A DNA stretch of 64,000 bases from Octopus bimaculoides (taxonomy: Eukaryota): the NCBI RefSeq assembly GCF_001194135.2, contig NC_068988.1, positions 4,047,249 through 4,111,248 on the forward strand. Reading direction: 5' to 3'. A model generated the notes under the pieces. The model searched no databases, was not told the origin of the DNA, and saw only the letters and a program-made list of their open reading frames with translations. The position numbers were made by a program, and so were the translations under genes. The number at the start of each line of letters is the position of its first letter. Within the stretch, counting starts at the first letter, position 1. Below are positions 26,126 through 40,147 of this stretch, piece by piece.

Positions 26126-28714
26126 CTTCTAACTTGCACAAACACACACAATAGTAGTGATTCTGTTGTGTAATACAATGTGTATTCATCAAGTCTTTTT
26201 ACTGAACTACTCTCAGTGCCCTATTCAGAGCAATATATCCATTAAATTAAAGGAAAGCAGATGACATGCTAGAGATGGACAATAGCTTTAACTTGATCGC
26301 GATAGAATGTGACATTTGTCCATCAATGATACCCCACTGATACTCATGCGATTCAAGTGTGTACTTGTGTGTAAGTATAGACATTTATATGTATATGCTT
26401 ACACACAATGTGTAAGTACATACATAAATGTGTGTGTGAATAAGCATGTATAATTCATTTGCATTTATGTTCTCCAAAATAGAGTGAATGGAAATAAAAA
26501 TGAGGCAAAAATGGAAGAAGCTAATAATTTTGGAAGTAAAAGTAAGTTGCTTTTTATTGAATCAACCTTTTTGATGTTTAGCCTTCTTTTTTTGTTTGAT
26601 GTTTAACTATTTTTATCATTGACAACTAATTGACATTCTGCTATGTCAACATACATAATGCTAAATGAAATTATTACATACAATTCATGTTTATATTGCA
26701 AACAAATTTCCTTTGTTTTAATTCTATAACTGAATTGAAGGGTGCCATCTTTGTACTTTTACCGAGTTAACCAGTTTGTTTGTTTTTTTCCCCTTTTTTT
26801 ACATTTGCTATTTGTTTCATTTTTCTTTTCTCTTTTTTTTTTTGTCTCTTTGCTCTTTGTCGTACACTTTTATACTCTTCACGTTGAAATAATACAAATG
26901 ACATTCCACAATGTCAATATAATGGTAAATGAAATAATTTAATGCAGTTCTTGCTTTTATCCCAAAGCATCTTCCAAACAACATTCTTCATCTTAATTTT
27001 ATAAGTAAAATTAGTGAGTTTGAACTTTCTACTTTGGTGTGTGCCAGTTATTTCTGGAAGTCATATTTGAGAAGAGAAGCATGAAGACACGAATAAATAT
27101 AAAGGGAACAGAGAGAAAAGAGAGGTGGGGGAGCAAGAGGGAAGGAAAGAGAAAAGAGTGAAGAAAGTATAAGGAGGAAGTGGAGAGAAGCAAGAAGAAT
27201 GTAAAGAAGTACATGAAGAAAAATAAAAATGATGCATCTTCTTAAATGTAGAGCTTTTCTTTTATTTTTAAAAGGCCTTTCTTGGAGTTACCTTGCATGG
27301 AGAGAGTGAATATCTACCTTTGCGTTATGGTTAGGCAGAGGAAAACTATCTACCTGATCAATAATCTGATTTACTTTCCTGAGAATATTCAACAGTTGAC
27401 CCAGGTTCTACGTTCTTAAATTCTCCACTAAACATTACATGTTTTTCGTTGTTGAGTCAATGAGCAAAGGGCATCATATATAACCCTTTTCAGGATGTCT
27501 AAAATGGATGAAATTATTCTTGGAATGAATACCTGTCACAAATGTTTGCAACAAAGTAGATACTGCTAAAAAGCTTGTATGGGCCCAAGGGTGTTGTAAC
27601 ATGGTACAACATTAAGTTTACTGTCCACAAACCAGAATGGTCACTCAAATAATCACTTAAATTCCATTCATTTGGCATTGACTAACTCATGATTATTGCA
27701 GAAAACACTGCTCCAAAGTGCCGAGTTGTGAGACTGAACTCCTAACTATGAAATTTACAAAGCAAACTTCTTAACCACACAGACACACTGTAAAATCCAG
27801 CCATAATCCTGTCAGAATACATTGCTAATCTTCAAGGAGATAATAGCCCAAGGATAAAGACAATTATTCTGCACTGATATACAGTACTTCTACAGAAAAA
27901 TAATGTAATATCAATACCAGGAAAGCATCAGAGAAATTCTCAGAGAGAAAAACGTGAGGACCATCAAAATCAAAGAAAACCAACAGCTTTGAATATTGAT
28001 AAATGTAAAGTCAACATCTTTGTTCCTCTATTCTATAGCAGACATTGGTGCTGGGTGCACAACACCAATGATGAATACCATGGAACATTACTGGTTGTGT
28101 TCTGGCAGAGTTCACTTTGTCTGCTATGTTTTCTTCTAAAGTCTTGTAATTTCATATGGAAATGGCGTAGATCATTATCATATCATTATCATCGTCGTCA
28201 TTTAACGACCGCTTTCCATACTGGCATGGGTTGGACTGCTGGCATGGGTTGGATGATGTTGGTAGACATTAAAGGGAATATATATTATTTTATAGCCATA
28301 CAGAAATCCAGTACATGCTGATGGATAAATATGTCGAGTTTGTAGCAATATAGAAATAGTATGAATGTTGAAAGGGAAGATATGCCAAATCTACCATCAG
28401 AAGGAATTATGCCTGAAGGTTTTTCCTGTGGATAACACCTATTCATTTGATTATGTGACATGAATCTGCTTCATCAGAGCCATGCTGGAGCAATACAACA
28501 AAGACTCCAGCCAACATAAATATCATAACAGCTAACAGTTAATGTAGAGTTCATGTGCAAACAAAATCTCAAAATACTTATATGATCATCATTGTTTCAG
28601 CATCCTCTTTTGCATGCCTGGATCAGTCAGACAGTAACAGTCATTGACAACTATCATGTGATGTTAAAACTAAAAAGCACAAACATCTACACATCTACAC
28701 ACATACATACAATA

Positions 28715-28850
28715 GGCTTTTTTCTGTTTCCATCTACCAAATCCGCTCTCAAAGCTTTGATCAGCCCAAGGTTTTCATGGAAGTCATTGACATTGACTCA
28801 AAGTGCCACACAGTGGAACTGAACACAAAACCATATGGCTGCTAAATGAA
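28715..28850 (-). mobile_element. SINE family A head
   Basis: tttccatctaccaaatcc..agcccaagg..aagtgccacacagtggaactgaac. Confidence 0.65.
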
Positions 28851-30199
28851 ATGAAAACATATTAAATACATTTACAGATGAGAAGAATGTCAAAATCACA
28901 ATAACCTTCAGAGGTTATTGTAAAGAATCAGTCTGCAGTTCTCTGCAAGTAGACTAAGCGAAACAGTGTGACATGATACCATTTTCTGCACAGCGCAGGT
29001 CACAGTTATATGTAATGCAAAAGTCAATATTTAAAACCACCCTCTGATTTAATCTGTAAAGATCACTACATCAGTTGAAGTGAATTTGAAAAATGTCAAA
29101 AGATTCTTTTTCAACTAATTTTAAATAATTTCTCCTTATTTTCAAAGTCTTTTTTATCTCCAGCAGTTTTGTTTGTATTATTTAAAAAAAAACACTCGAT
29201 GTTGGTTTCTAAATGACACGAGCAAAGCATTTTATTCTTAGAATAGTTGAACTGCAAAGTTGTATTTCCACCAGGAAACAATCAGAAGTAAAAGACTTCA
29301 GGTTAATTAATTATTTCAGCCCTCCTGGGCACACTGGGGTAGCCCTAAATTCTGGTTCCTAGGCATTAACTAGTCACAATACAAATGCCCTAATGGATAA
29401 AATTCCAGTCCATTATAAGTAACTTCCCAACAGTACTAAACTCCACAAAAGTACCAAAATAATTATTAGTTTTACTACGTGGCAATGTGAACCTTCTTAT
29501 AGTCAACTGGACTGAGTCTTTCTTTAATAGTCAAGTGTCTCAACCACAAGTGTAGCAGAGCACCAATAATGGAATATAAAACAGTAACTGCTTCTCTGGC
29601 ATCATTGCATTATATTTGATGAGACTAAAATTCATGATCATAATTTTCAATATATCCTCTGAAATTATTTATTTTACACCACACCTTGGATTGACAGACG
29701 ATGGAAAACCTGATAAGTGGTGTTTCTGTCTTTCTCAAGCTGACACAGTTTCAGTTAATTCAGCACGCATCAAAGATTATATTTCACTGACCAAATCTCA
29801 CCATTAAATGTCCAAGAATTCTTAATTCTAAGAACTACATCATGACCTGAGTAACAAGATCTAAAGGTTGAGGGTATTCAGAAGACAGAAGTATTACCAT
29901 TCCCTGAGTAATGAAAAACCTTCATGCCAAATTTGATATTACACAGCTGAAAAAAAAATCAGAAGGGTTGTATAGAGTGGGCAAGGGCTAAATTTTGACC
30001 CTCCTGGAACCTTCCTGAGTAATGGAAAACCTTCATGCCAAATTTGGTACAGATTGATCCAGCAGTTTGGCTGTGCATAGAGGAAACACACACACACAGA
30101 CAGTGAATTTTATAGATATAGATGCATGACAGGCTTCTTTCAGTTTCTGCTATTAAAAATTTTTTATAACCAATAACCTTCCACCTCCATAATATTCGT

Positions 30200-30390
30200 T
30201 TTTATCATAGGGTCCAGACCTTAAAATTTTGGGGAAGTAGTCAGGTCAATTACTTTGACCTTAGTGCCCAACTGGTACTTGTTTTATTGACCAAAAAAGG
30301 ATGAAAGTAAAAGTCAACCTCGGCAGAATTTGAACTCAAAACATAAATGTTGCTAAAACATTTTGTCTGTTCTGCTAACAAGTCTACCAG
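30200..30390 (-). mobile_element. SINE family B
   Basis: actggtacttgttttattgacc..aaagtcaacctcggcagaatttgaactc. Confidence 0.75.
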
Positions 30391-31699
30391 CCTTCATCTC
30401 TTGTGTTATATTAAGGTGTATATATATATCATTATATAGTGATAACATTAATAAATGAAACTGCCTGCGATGGATTAAGTCAAAATTATTATCATAGTAG
30501 GTGTTTTTAATTGCACCTTTACATGTTGACACTTCTCATATAAATTTGAGATATTACCTCACTACATCTTATCAATATCTCTCTAAGTTCCTGTTTCCTT
30601 GATCAATTTCTTCTCATTTATCTCTGCCACATGGTCTTAATATCATTAATATTGCACTGGTCAAATCATCATATAAAGTTGCAATATCTGCAGCTGCTGT
30701 GAACAATATTTGAAGATGCCAATATTCATTATGACCACAACTCTCAACATGTCCAGTGAATTCAGACCGAAATGCATCACATATTGGAGTCTCGCACACA
30801 CACACACACACACACCGTTTCAATATCTTGTACTTTCACTGGTTAGAATCATAAATAATGCAGCATGGTTCTGTCCCTGTTTGATTAATCAGCACACACT
30901 TCTGATAATTCCTTGACCTTTAGGGCTGACTGCAAAAACAATCAATCACAGCTGGTATGAGAACTCATAATGCATAACGGTGATATTTATTAAGCATATA
31001 AGTATAAGACAATCATGAGATAAAGAGGAATGCAACGTCAAAATATAAACCAGTGAGTCTTTGGTTGAGCAAGCAAGGTACAAGAATTTATCTGAATTTT
31101 GCAGTTTAAATGGTCAATTCATTGTAAATGCATAAATAATTGGTGGTGGGTGGGTTTATCAAAAGAAATGTGACAGACTAGAAAAGTAATTTCTGTAAAT
31201 AATTTTAGTTTTGATGCTTCATTTATTAATATTCCTTTTAAATTAGTATTTTCTATATTTCATCTGTAGAGAATTAGACAATTCTAAATAAAATCCCATG
31301 CAGTGAATGCATGTTGAAATGTTACATTAGTGATGATATCTTGTATTTTATGTTTCTATTCTGTCTGCGTATATTAATCTACTTGCAGAATAATCCACAC
31401 AATAACTTCTTCAAGTGACAAACTAATGTTCATTATTGGAAGATGGATCATTTTTCCTCTTAACTCTCTTAACTCTCTTGGCATCAAATAGATTAGCACA
31501 AGTCTTCAGAAGCATCATAATTCAGGAATTTATTTACTTTTTGTATAGAGATGTTTATTACAAACTATACTTTGTGTGCATCAATGATCCTTTTGTTTTA
31601 TTAGAATTAATTGCATTAATAGTTTGACTAATGTAAGTACATTGCTTAATGAATGCACCCTCCGATTCTGTTTGATCTGCTCTTCAGACGTTAACTGTT

Positions 31700-34600
31700 A
31701 GAGGGCAGCTGCTGTCTTTATTTTGTCCGAGAATAGTTTTATTTTGACGTCAGTGGAAATCTGACCTAATTGAAAGTGATGTTCAAATGTTAAAACCAAA
31801 TTTTAATCATTAATTCTTAGTCTGACTTTGTTTCAGTTATTGGCAAGAACTTTCTGCTGACATGAGTTTCCTTAAGAGGCTGCTTGACACTTTCATGCCA
31901 TAGCGCATAAAATTTCTCAATCTGATTTTTAGTAGGCAATAAAGGGCCAAGCTTGTGATAATGGTAGGCCAGGCTGTTATTCATAAAATACAAATCTCAC
32001 TGTTCTTACATTCTCTGGCAAGAAACAATACGACAGAATTAAAAGGATTCAGTTAGGAAGATACTTAAAGGATTTATGAATGCAATTAACTGAAGCACAT
32101 GGAGAGGAAGTTGTTTGGATTTTCTAATGAGACACTACATCATAAAAAACACAAACCTATCAATTTTAACGAATTGGTTTTGAACGTGATTTATAGACTG
32201 AATAAAGAATAGTAGTTTTGCTTTCTTTCTAAATTCAAATAGTATTTTAAGTATAGTTCGAACAGTTGTTATGTCAAGCAGTGACATAAACTCATACTTG
32301 TTGTGGTAACTTTCATTACCTCTGAGAACCAAATTTAATAGCAATTCTTCAATAGATAGAAAATGCTTAATCAGTGCCTTAAGACCTGTTTCAAATTAGA
32401 TGACACTTATCGATCTGCCTGACAATGAAAGTGTGGGTTTCGAATCTCTGATATTTTCTTGTATAAACATTTAATGGAAAATGTTTATGGAGATAATCAC
32501 AAAACCAAGCAAAGAGGAATTGGGTAATATAACTTTAATTCCATCAGTGTTACTTAATTGTACCTCTTACTTTTGTCAATGAGGCTAGCAGTTCTGTAGA
32601 GAAGAACTTTACCATTTAATGTCCGGGATTTCCTGTTTATGTTCCAGATTAATTTTTGGATCATTAAGTTAAGCTGACGTAGTAGGTCAGTACTCTGAAA
32701 CTCTTTGGATTAGCATCAAAAGCTGTGAATAGCTATTTTAGTCTTGGTATGACTTGAGAAAATATTGTGAAAGTAATAAATATCAGTGTACTTTGCCAGA
32801 TCTCAGTGAACAGAGATTTGTCTTTAACACAGTTTCAAATTCTAGCACAATTTGATCAAAGTTAATGCACAAAATCATTTCTAGTTTATAATTCTGATGA
32901 CAACAGCTTGAAGGAATCAGACAAAATCCTCAGCAGTGAATTTCTTTCATTAATTAGATTGTCAATGAATCTAGTTTGGTTTTAATGTTTGGAATATAGA
33001 ATGGATGTAAGTCTAAGAATCACATCTGCTGAGAACACATTTGGTTGGAGACTAATTAGTCACCCATTCTGTATGCAAGAAGGATTTCAGGTCATTGAAG
33101 ACACCGCTACATGGTCATCCAGCATGCTAGAAATAACAACCAAATTACCATAAAATAATACCATCTAAAATACAAAGGCATGGATACAGTTAGGCTAAAA
33201 ACATAAGATAGGATGGTTGTGGTTGGGACACTTTTGATCATAGTCTTTGCATAATGGGGTTAAACGATTAGAGTAACAATCTGAATTTGAAATAAGAATG
33301 GGCTAATATTGGAAGAAATATAATAAGTTTTTGAGGCAAATGTGATGAACAGAATGGAAAATGAAGCAGAAAAGAAACTTTGAAATTTGGTAAAGGACAA
33401 ATGCATTGGACATGAAACGAGAAAAAAAAAGAGGAAACTAAACTGAGTAACTGTAGATTACTTAGATGGAAATCTTGTAGTAGAAGATTTGTCTCATCAA
33501 TTACATTGGAACAGTGCAGTGTTGTTGTGTACTTCTGTAGTTAGAGACACACAAACAGACACTATTGTTGTTAGTTTTTCTTATTTAAAGTTAAATATAG
33601 ACTAAATTGAGCACTCTTTGACTCACTAGTTAAATTTAATTGCATTTTCAAGTTGTTTGCCAGGTAAAATTATATAAAATCTCCTTTAAATCGTACTTTT
33701 CCATCATAAGAACACCTTACATAATGTAGAGCTGCATACATGAATAATTATTTCCATGGCACATAGTTTACGCTCCATTGACAAAGTACCAATATCTGAT
33801 AACTAGATGAAATAGGTTATAATATTTAGCTTACTGTCTAGTCATATTCAAATCCCTGCTAATGGAATTGAACTTAAAGCCTTATGAGTCAGTAGTAGAA
33901 GACCGTGTCCCTGCAGATATTTGTTCACCACATTGTTCAATATGATTGCAAACATGTCAGCAGCAACAACAAGGAGGAAATCAGTTTCTTCATATTCATC
34001 TATTTATACAGACATATCCATCAGTTGAATTATTTTTCGAATACAGTAACAGAGGTGTGGATCTATAAATATCATCCCCGCCATCGTTATCGCCGTCATC
34101 CACGTAATTCTCATTATCTCTGCCAGCAGCAGTAACATTTTGTAAATTGGACAATAGTAATCCAGCAATGACAAAAGTAACAAAGTACAGTTAGTAGTCT
34201 GTTACATGTACTTAATACCCCTTCATGTAATTAATACGAAATATATCTGCAGTGTATACTGATATATGCCCCGGAGAATAATATATGTTGGAACATTTAT
34301 ACTACTTCTGATATTACCAATGGCATTAGATCTTCTCTTTAACAGCAGATAACTCAACATGTGATATTGTCAGTGAGAAACGTCTATGGAATACACTGAA
34401 TTAATCAACTCCACAAGAAGTATAGACTTTTAAATTTCATCAATATATCTTGTAACTTTTCAAGGGGAACAGGAAGATGAGATGTTGAGCTGGAATGAGG
34501 ATTCTGTGATATTCATCACTTTTCCTAAGACTGCAAATGCAAATGCAACATCTAAACCTAAGAAACATTGCCACAGCATAGTGTTTATCAGGAAAAAAAT

Positions 34601-35300
34601 ATATTTGTACAGTTATGAATCTCTGAAGGTGACCTTAAATATAAATAAATGTAATACACTGGATTCTTAGTTGCAGTTGGCGATGCTCTCTGTTTAGTAA
34701 GTATTAAAAGATCAATACAGCTGCAGACCTGATACAAAGCAGGACCAAATGTTCTGCAGTATTTAGTTGCACCTTAAGCCATGGATTCTGCTGAGAGTAA
34801 CTTTATCTTCCGCCCATCAATGCTACTATGCCAATCAATCTGTGGAGGGGATTTACTTTGCTTGCACCCCTTTTCAGTTTATGGCCTCATATCAATGTTA
34901 GAAATAATGATTCTTTCAGAACTAATTTCATTAAACTCTAACCTTGTTCATACAATTCTAGCCAGAAAATCTATCTCTGCTCCAACAATTGTGAACATAA
35001 CAATGGTCTTGTGTTTAATTAATATACTTTTCAGATTGTTGGTGAAGTGTTTTTCTAAATTTACTAATTTTCCCCCAACTACTCAGTCTGCAATACTATA
35101 ACTCTTTAGAGTAATTTCATTGTCACTATTTTAGCAAGAACACTTAGGTCTCTGCTTTGATGGGGAGATCTAATACAACCAAAACATGTCCAGACTTGTG
35201 TACTATACTTGTTGAAATGATTTAAAAATATTATTGGTTATTTTCTTCATGTTCCCATTACCTCACCATATTTGTATTGCAAACATCAAAAATTGGATTA
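31700..35300 (-). mobile_element. Highly degraded APE-type (CR1/L2-like) LINE relic, interrupted by other repeats
   Basis: Weak minus-strand motif remnants in the expected order: ET..NSDNEITLKSY (~35150), SCIDLLILT (~34710), ISTDVKIKLFSDK resembling KLFADD (~31740). Many stops; boundaries approximate. Confidence 0.4.
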
Positions 35301-35850
35301 CTAATCAATATGTTTGCTCCCATTTAAAATCCTTACAGAGTCTGGCTTCTCTCTCTCCATTTTCTGACTTCATGACTACCAGGATTGACATTGCTTTCAT
35401 CTTTTTAGAATTGGTAAATTAAATATTGGACAAGAACATTATTGCTCTCCGAGAAATTTGGATCTTTGTACCAATACAAGACATCAAAAATATATTTTGT
35501 TAAAACAGAAATAATTTTTTAATATTTCTCTCATATTATTCTAATAATAACAATTTCAGTAAATATAGCATAAATATAATAATTTTGTGCTTTAGACTAA
35601 TTCAATAATATCATTTATCCTTTCAGTGATGGGACTGCAGCCAAACTAGGGCTTTGCCTTCAAGTATCAACTCCAATAATCATTTCAGATTGATATTTAT
35701 TTTATCAATCTTTTATTATCAAACTGTTAAGTTACATGATATCAAGAGACACAGCCATGAATTGAACCAATTTTAGATGTAAACATAAAACATAGCAGAG
35801 ACAAGAACACTGTGATACAGATGCTCATACACACACACACATATATACAA

Positions 35851-35884
<34 letters not shown>

Positions 35885-36167
35885 AACGACAACGACGATG
35901 ATTCAATTACAAATTAAAAGTAGCATTAGTTTTGTAAACATTATTGACCATACATACACTGAGTATGTGCAGTCAATAATATATGTATGCATGTATATGT
36001 GTATATGTAGAAATATATGTGTGTGTGTGTGTTAAAAATGGCAAAGCTGGTTTATTGGATTACCCTAGGTTTCTCATACATAAAGAGTTTGGCTTTATGG
36101 CGTATTGTCAGATCTTAAATACTGCTCTAAGAGTGTGCTTCTTCTGGATTTATGTTTCTTACAGGCG

Positions 36168-36205
<38 letters not shown>

Positions 36206-36325
36206 GTATGTACTACATATATATATGTATTACACACACACATATATACTTGGAAATGGATGCGTCACATTCAATTAAATAATAAATAATATATATATAA
36301 TATATAAATATTATATATAAATATA

Positions 36326-36394
<69 letters not shown>

Positions 36395-36397
<3 letters not shown>

Positions 36398-36855
36398 AAC
36401 TGAACCAAATTTGATGACTGGCACCCATGCCAGTGGAGTGCTAACAGCACCATCCAAGCGGGATCACTGCCAGAGCAGCGGTCTGGCTCCTGTGCCGGTG
36501 GCACGTAAAAAGCACCATTTGAGTGGGATCGTTTCCTGCTTCACTTTACTGGCACTTGTGCCGGTGGCATGTGAACAAAACATTAGACTGACTCTTGTGC
36601 AGGTGGCACATAAAAAACACTATTTGAGCATGGTCATTGCCAGTACCGTCAGACTGGCCCTTGTGCCGGTGGCACGTAAAAAGCACCCACTACACTCTCA
36701 GAGTGGTTGGCATTAGGAAGGGCATCCAGCAGTAGAAACTCTGCCATATCAGATTGGAGTCTGGTGTAGCCATCTGGTTTGCCAGTCCCAAGTCAAATCG
36801 TCCAACCCATGCTAGCAAGGAAAGCGGACGTTAAATGATGATGATGATGATGATA
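36395..36855 (+). mobile_element. RTE 3' UTR with internal tandem repeats and (TGA)n tail
   Basis: Four copies of ctgg.(c/t)cttgtgccggtggcacgtaaaaagcac; tail acccatgctagcaaggaaagcggacgttaaatgatgatg. Confidence 0.85.
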
Positions 36856-36888
36856 TATATAATATATATATGTATCATATATATATAA

Positions 36889-37750
36889 CCCAATGACTGG
36901 CGTAGCAGCACTATAGTCAACTGCTACAAGGGTAAAGGTGATGCTCTAGATAGAAATAACTGCAGGAGTATCAAACTGCTGGATCAGGTGATGAAGGTCA
37001 TGGAGAGGGTCAGAGCCCATCTCATTAGGGAGAGAATCTGCTTAGATGAGATGCAGTTTGGTTTTGTGCCAGGTAGAAGCACCACTGATGCTATATTCCT
37101 GGTACGGCAACTGCAGGAGAAATACCCAGCTAAAGATAAACCCTTATACCTAGCTTTTGTGGACTTGGAGAAAGCCTTTTACAGGGTACCCCGATCCCTT
37201 ATCTAGTGGGTGATACAGAAACTGGGGATAGACAAATGGTTAATAAGGGCTGTACAGGCCCTATACAGAGAGGCTGTTAGTAAGGTTAGGATTGGCAGTG
37301 AGTATAGTGAAGAATTCCAGATAGAAGTAGGGGTCCACCAAGGATCAGCCCTCAGTCCCCTTTTATTCATCATAGACCTCCAGGCAATAACAGAGGAATT
37401 CAAGGCGGGTTGCTCCTCTATGCTGATGACCTGGCCCTCATAGCAGAATCACTACCAGAACTAGAGAAGAAATTTTGGGCGTGGAAGCTAGGTTTAGAAT
37501 CAAAAGGCCTTAGAGTCAATGTAGCAAAGACTAAAGTTCTAGTAAGTAGGAAGGCAAACTCATCACACATACCCTCAGGTAGGTGGCCCTGTTTGATCTG
37601 TAGAAAAGGTGTAGGTAGAAACTCCATAAGATGTGCCCAGTGTAAGCTATGGACACATAAGAGGTGCAGCAACATGAAAGGAAGATTAACCAGGAAGACA
37701 GCTTTCGTGTGCAGCAGATGCACAGGGGCAATAAACACCACAGATGCCCA
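36889..37750 (+). mobile_element. RTE-clade LINE reverse transcriptase fragment with embedded PHD-type zinc finger (pseudogenised)
   Basis: PNDWRSSTIVNCYKGKGD..QFGFVPGRSTTDAIF..FVDLEKAF..GVHQGSALSPLLF..LLYADD..KTKVL, then C4HC3 finger at 37590-37721. Stop at 37204-37206 and a frameshift near 37410. Confidence 0.95.
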
Positions 37751-39164
37751 ATATATATAAATATATATTGGTTGTTATTCAGTAAAGTAGTTAGGAATTC
37801 AGCATGGGGGACAAGGTGGGACAGTAACAAGAGATGGATAATACTAATAGAGTATGATGACTAGCAGTAAAGAAGGGGATGTTAGGGGTTAGAGGATACA
37901 GATAGATCCACATCTACTTTGCACATTTGTGACGACGGAAGAAACATGGAATTAGAGGAGGAGATGGATAAAGAATGGCAGTGCAGGAGTCTGAATATGG
38001 ATAGGTCAAATAACTTCAATCCTTACGCAGCCAGCATAGTACAGTAAATAGAGGTGAGAGTGCGAGCAATGGAATAAAAAGAGCCAATGTAGATGTGTTC
38101 TACACCGAGATCTTCATTGCTAGCATCAGTTTAACAAAGGTTTCTCCATTATTGCACTAGTGGAGTAAACTTTGTTGTTGTATCTCATTTTATCCATGGT
38201 ATCATAGGTACATGGCATTTGTTGGAAGAAGAAACTTTGGTAAATAGTGCAAAATGCTTTGCCTTTGGCACTTGTTAAAAAGTATACACGCAACATACAA
38301 AATATACAACCTGTAAACAAAATACAAATCCAATATTTTCATGAGATTCTTGTAAAACAGAATATACAATGTGAAAACTATCCTAGTCCACTGGTGGAAA
38401 AAAAAAATAAATAACACAGTATAATACAGACAAAAATTTTCTGAACACAAAAAAAAAACATATCAGCAACAACAACAACTATATCACCTATCATGTATAT
38501 TTTCAGCAACAACAAACTATAATGCACTAAACACTGTTTCAGATTGTTGTTGTTGTTGTTGTGATTGTCTCTATCTCCCTCTCGCACCTGTCTGTCTATT
38601 TTCATCTTATTCCATTGGTTTTTCTCAATGCCTAAACCAATATTTACAGTCAGTCTCCTGTCTTCAACTCAAAGTGTTGTATTTACAGGATATTTTCAGA
38701 AAATAATCAGCGAGAAGTTTTTTTATGATTATCTTTTATTTTTTTTTTTTATGAGTGTTTATTGAATGAGAAAAGCAAAGAGAAATGTTCGCAAAACTTG
38801 GTTGTAAAAGATTTATATATCAGGACGGTTTAGTCACAAATTTATTTAATAATCACAACAACATCAACAATAATAAAAAATAATTTCTAAATCAAAATGG
38901 CAAAATATTGTTATCACCAACAATTTTTTGAATTTTTTTTTTGCAAAATTCAACAGAAAAAATACTAAAGGCTTTCAGAATTATGATGATGATGATAGTA
39001 TTTAAAAAGACAATATAAACATCTTCGTATTATATAACACAGAATTGAGTTATAAATGTGTGTGTGTGTGTGTGTGTGTGTCCTCACAGATGTCTAAGTA
39101 TACAATAGTTTGATAGCCATTAATTCTGCTCCATCATACACACACAGATATCTTTTTTTCTCTT

Positions 39165-39349
39165 TTTCTCTTTTACTCGTTTCAGTCATTTGACTGCCGC
39201 CATGCTGGAGCACCGCTTTTAGTCAAGCAAATCGATCCCAGGACTTATTATCGGTCTCTTTTTGCCGAACCACTAAGTTACGGGGACGTAAACACACCAG
39301 CATCGGTTGTCAAGCGATGGTGGGGGGACAAACGCAGACACACAAACAC

Positions 39350-39386
<37 letters not shown>

Positions 39387-39560
39387 CGANNNNNNNNNNC
39401 GGGCTTCTTTCAGTTTACGTCTACCAAATCCACTCACAAGGCTTCGGTCGGCCCGAGGCTATAGTAGAAGACACTTGCCCAAGGTGCCACGCAGTGGGAC
39501 TGAACCCAGAACCTTGTGGCTGGTAAGCAAGGTACTTACCACACAGTCACTCCTGCGCCT
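39165..39560 (-). mobile_element. Near full-length composite SINE: family A head + internal (TA)/(CA) microsatellite + ..ccagcatgg..gactgaaacgagtaaaag tail
   Basis: Well preserved, CpG-rich copy; same layout at 47555-47945, 51890-52165, 57570-57970 (-) and 40840-41190 (+). Confidence 0.85.
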
Positions 39561-39878
39561 ATTTATGCATATATAGATATATACATCCTTTGTGGTATGT
39601 TGCACAACTATTTTCTACTTTAGCCCATCACTGATCACTGGCTTGTGAATCTGGTAGACAGAAACTGAAAGACACTTATGATATATGTTAGCCTGAGCTT
39701 AGCGGGATATATTATCCAGGTAGATATGGTAGCTCTCAGTTATGTTCCAGGTTTCGGCTAACTGCATCAATTAGTATTTAATGCCTATGGCTATTAGGAG
39801 TTGTCTCTCAAGCTATAAATTCCGTTGATGGATAACTCTGTGTTTGCTTTCCTGGATGACAATATTATCTGGAGTGTG

Positions 39879-40147
39879 TATTAACAATAATTATAACAAT
39901 AGAGACTATTGAGACCAGTACATCCTCATAATTTATTTCCCTTTATTTTACAATGTCATACAGCATATTTTTATGGTTATTATGACCTACACGTGTTTCC
40001 ACTGAACAGAGTATGGGCAGTTGCAGATGCAACTGGGCATGGTTTTCTATACAGCTTTATTCGGGATCTTTCATTTTAAGGTAAAAGGAAATAAATTTTG
40101 AGGATGTACCAGTTTTCATATTCTCTTTTGTGATAATTAGTGCTAAT

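Noticed and set aside
27291-27408. Minus-strand exon NLGQLLNILRKVNQIIDQVDSFPLPNHNAKVDIHSLHAR
   Set aside because: Donor acceptable (AG|gtaact) but the acceptor has no pyrimidine tract and the phase does not follow exon B.
30614-30823. ORF with FTGHVESCGHNEYW, resembling a class B GPCR loop
   Set aside because: Starts in a (GT)n tract, no usable splice sites, similarity too short.
37780-38120. Possible LINE C-terminal relic on minus strand
   Set aside because: No diagnostic motif could be aligned with confidence.
40012-40080. Plus-strand exon EYGQLQMQLGMVFYTALFGIFHFK
   Set aside because: Lies inside the 39879-40148 foldback, the donor GTAAAA is part of its arm, and the acceptor is weak.
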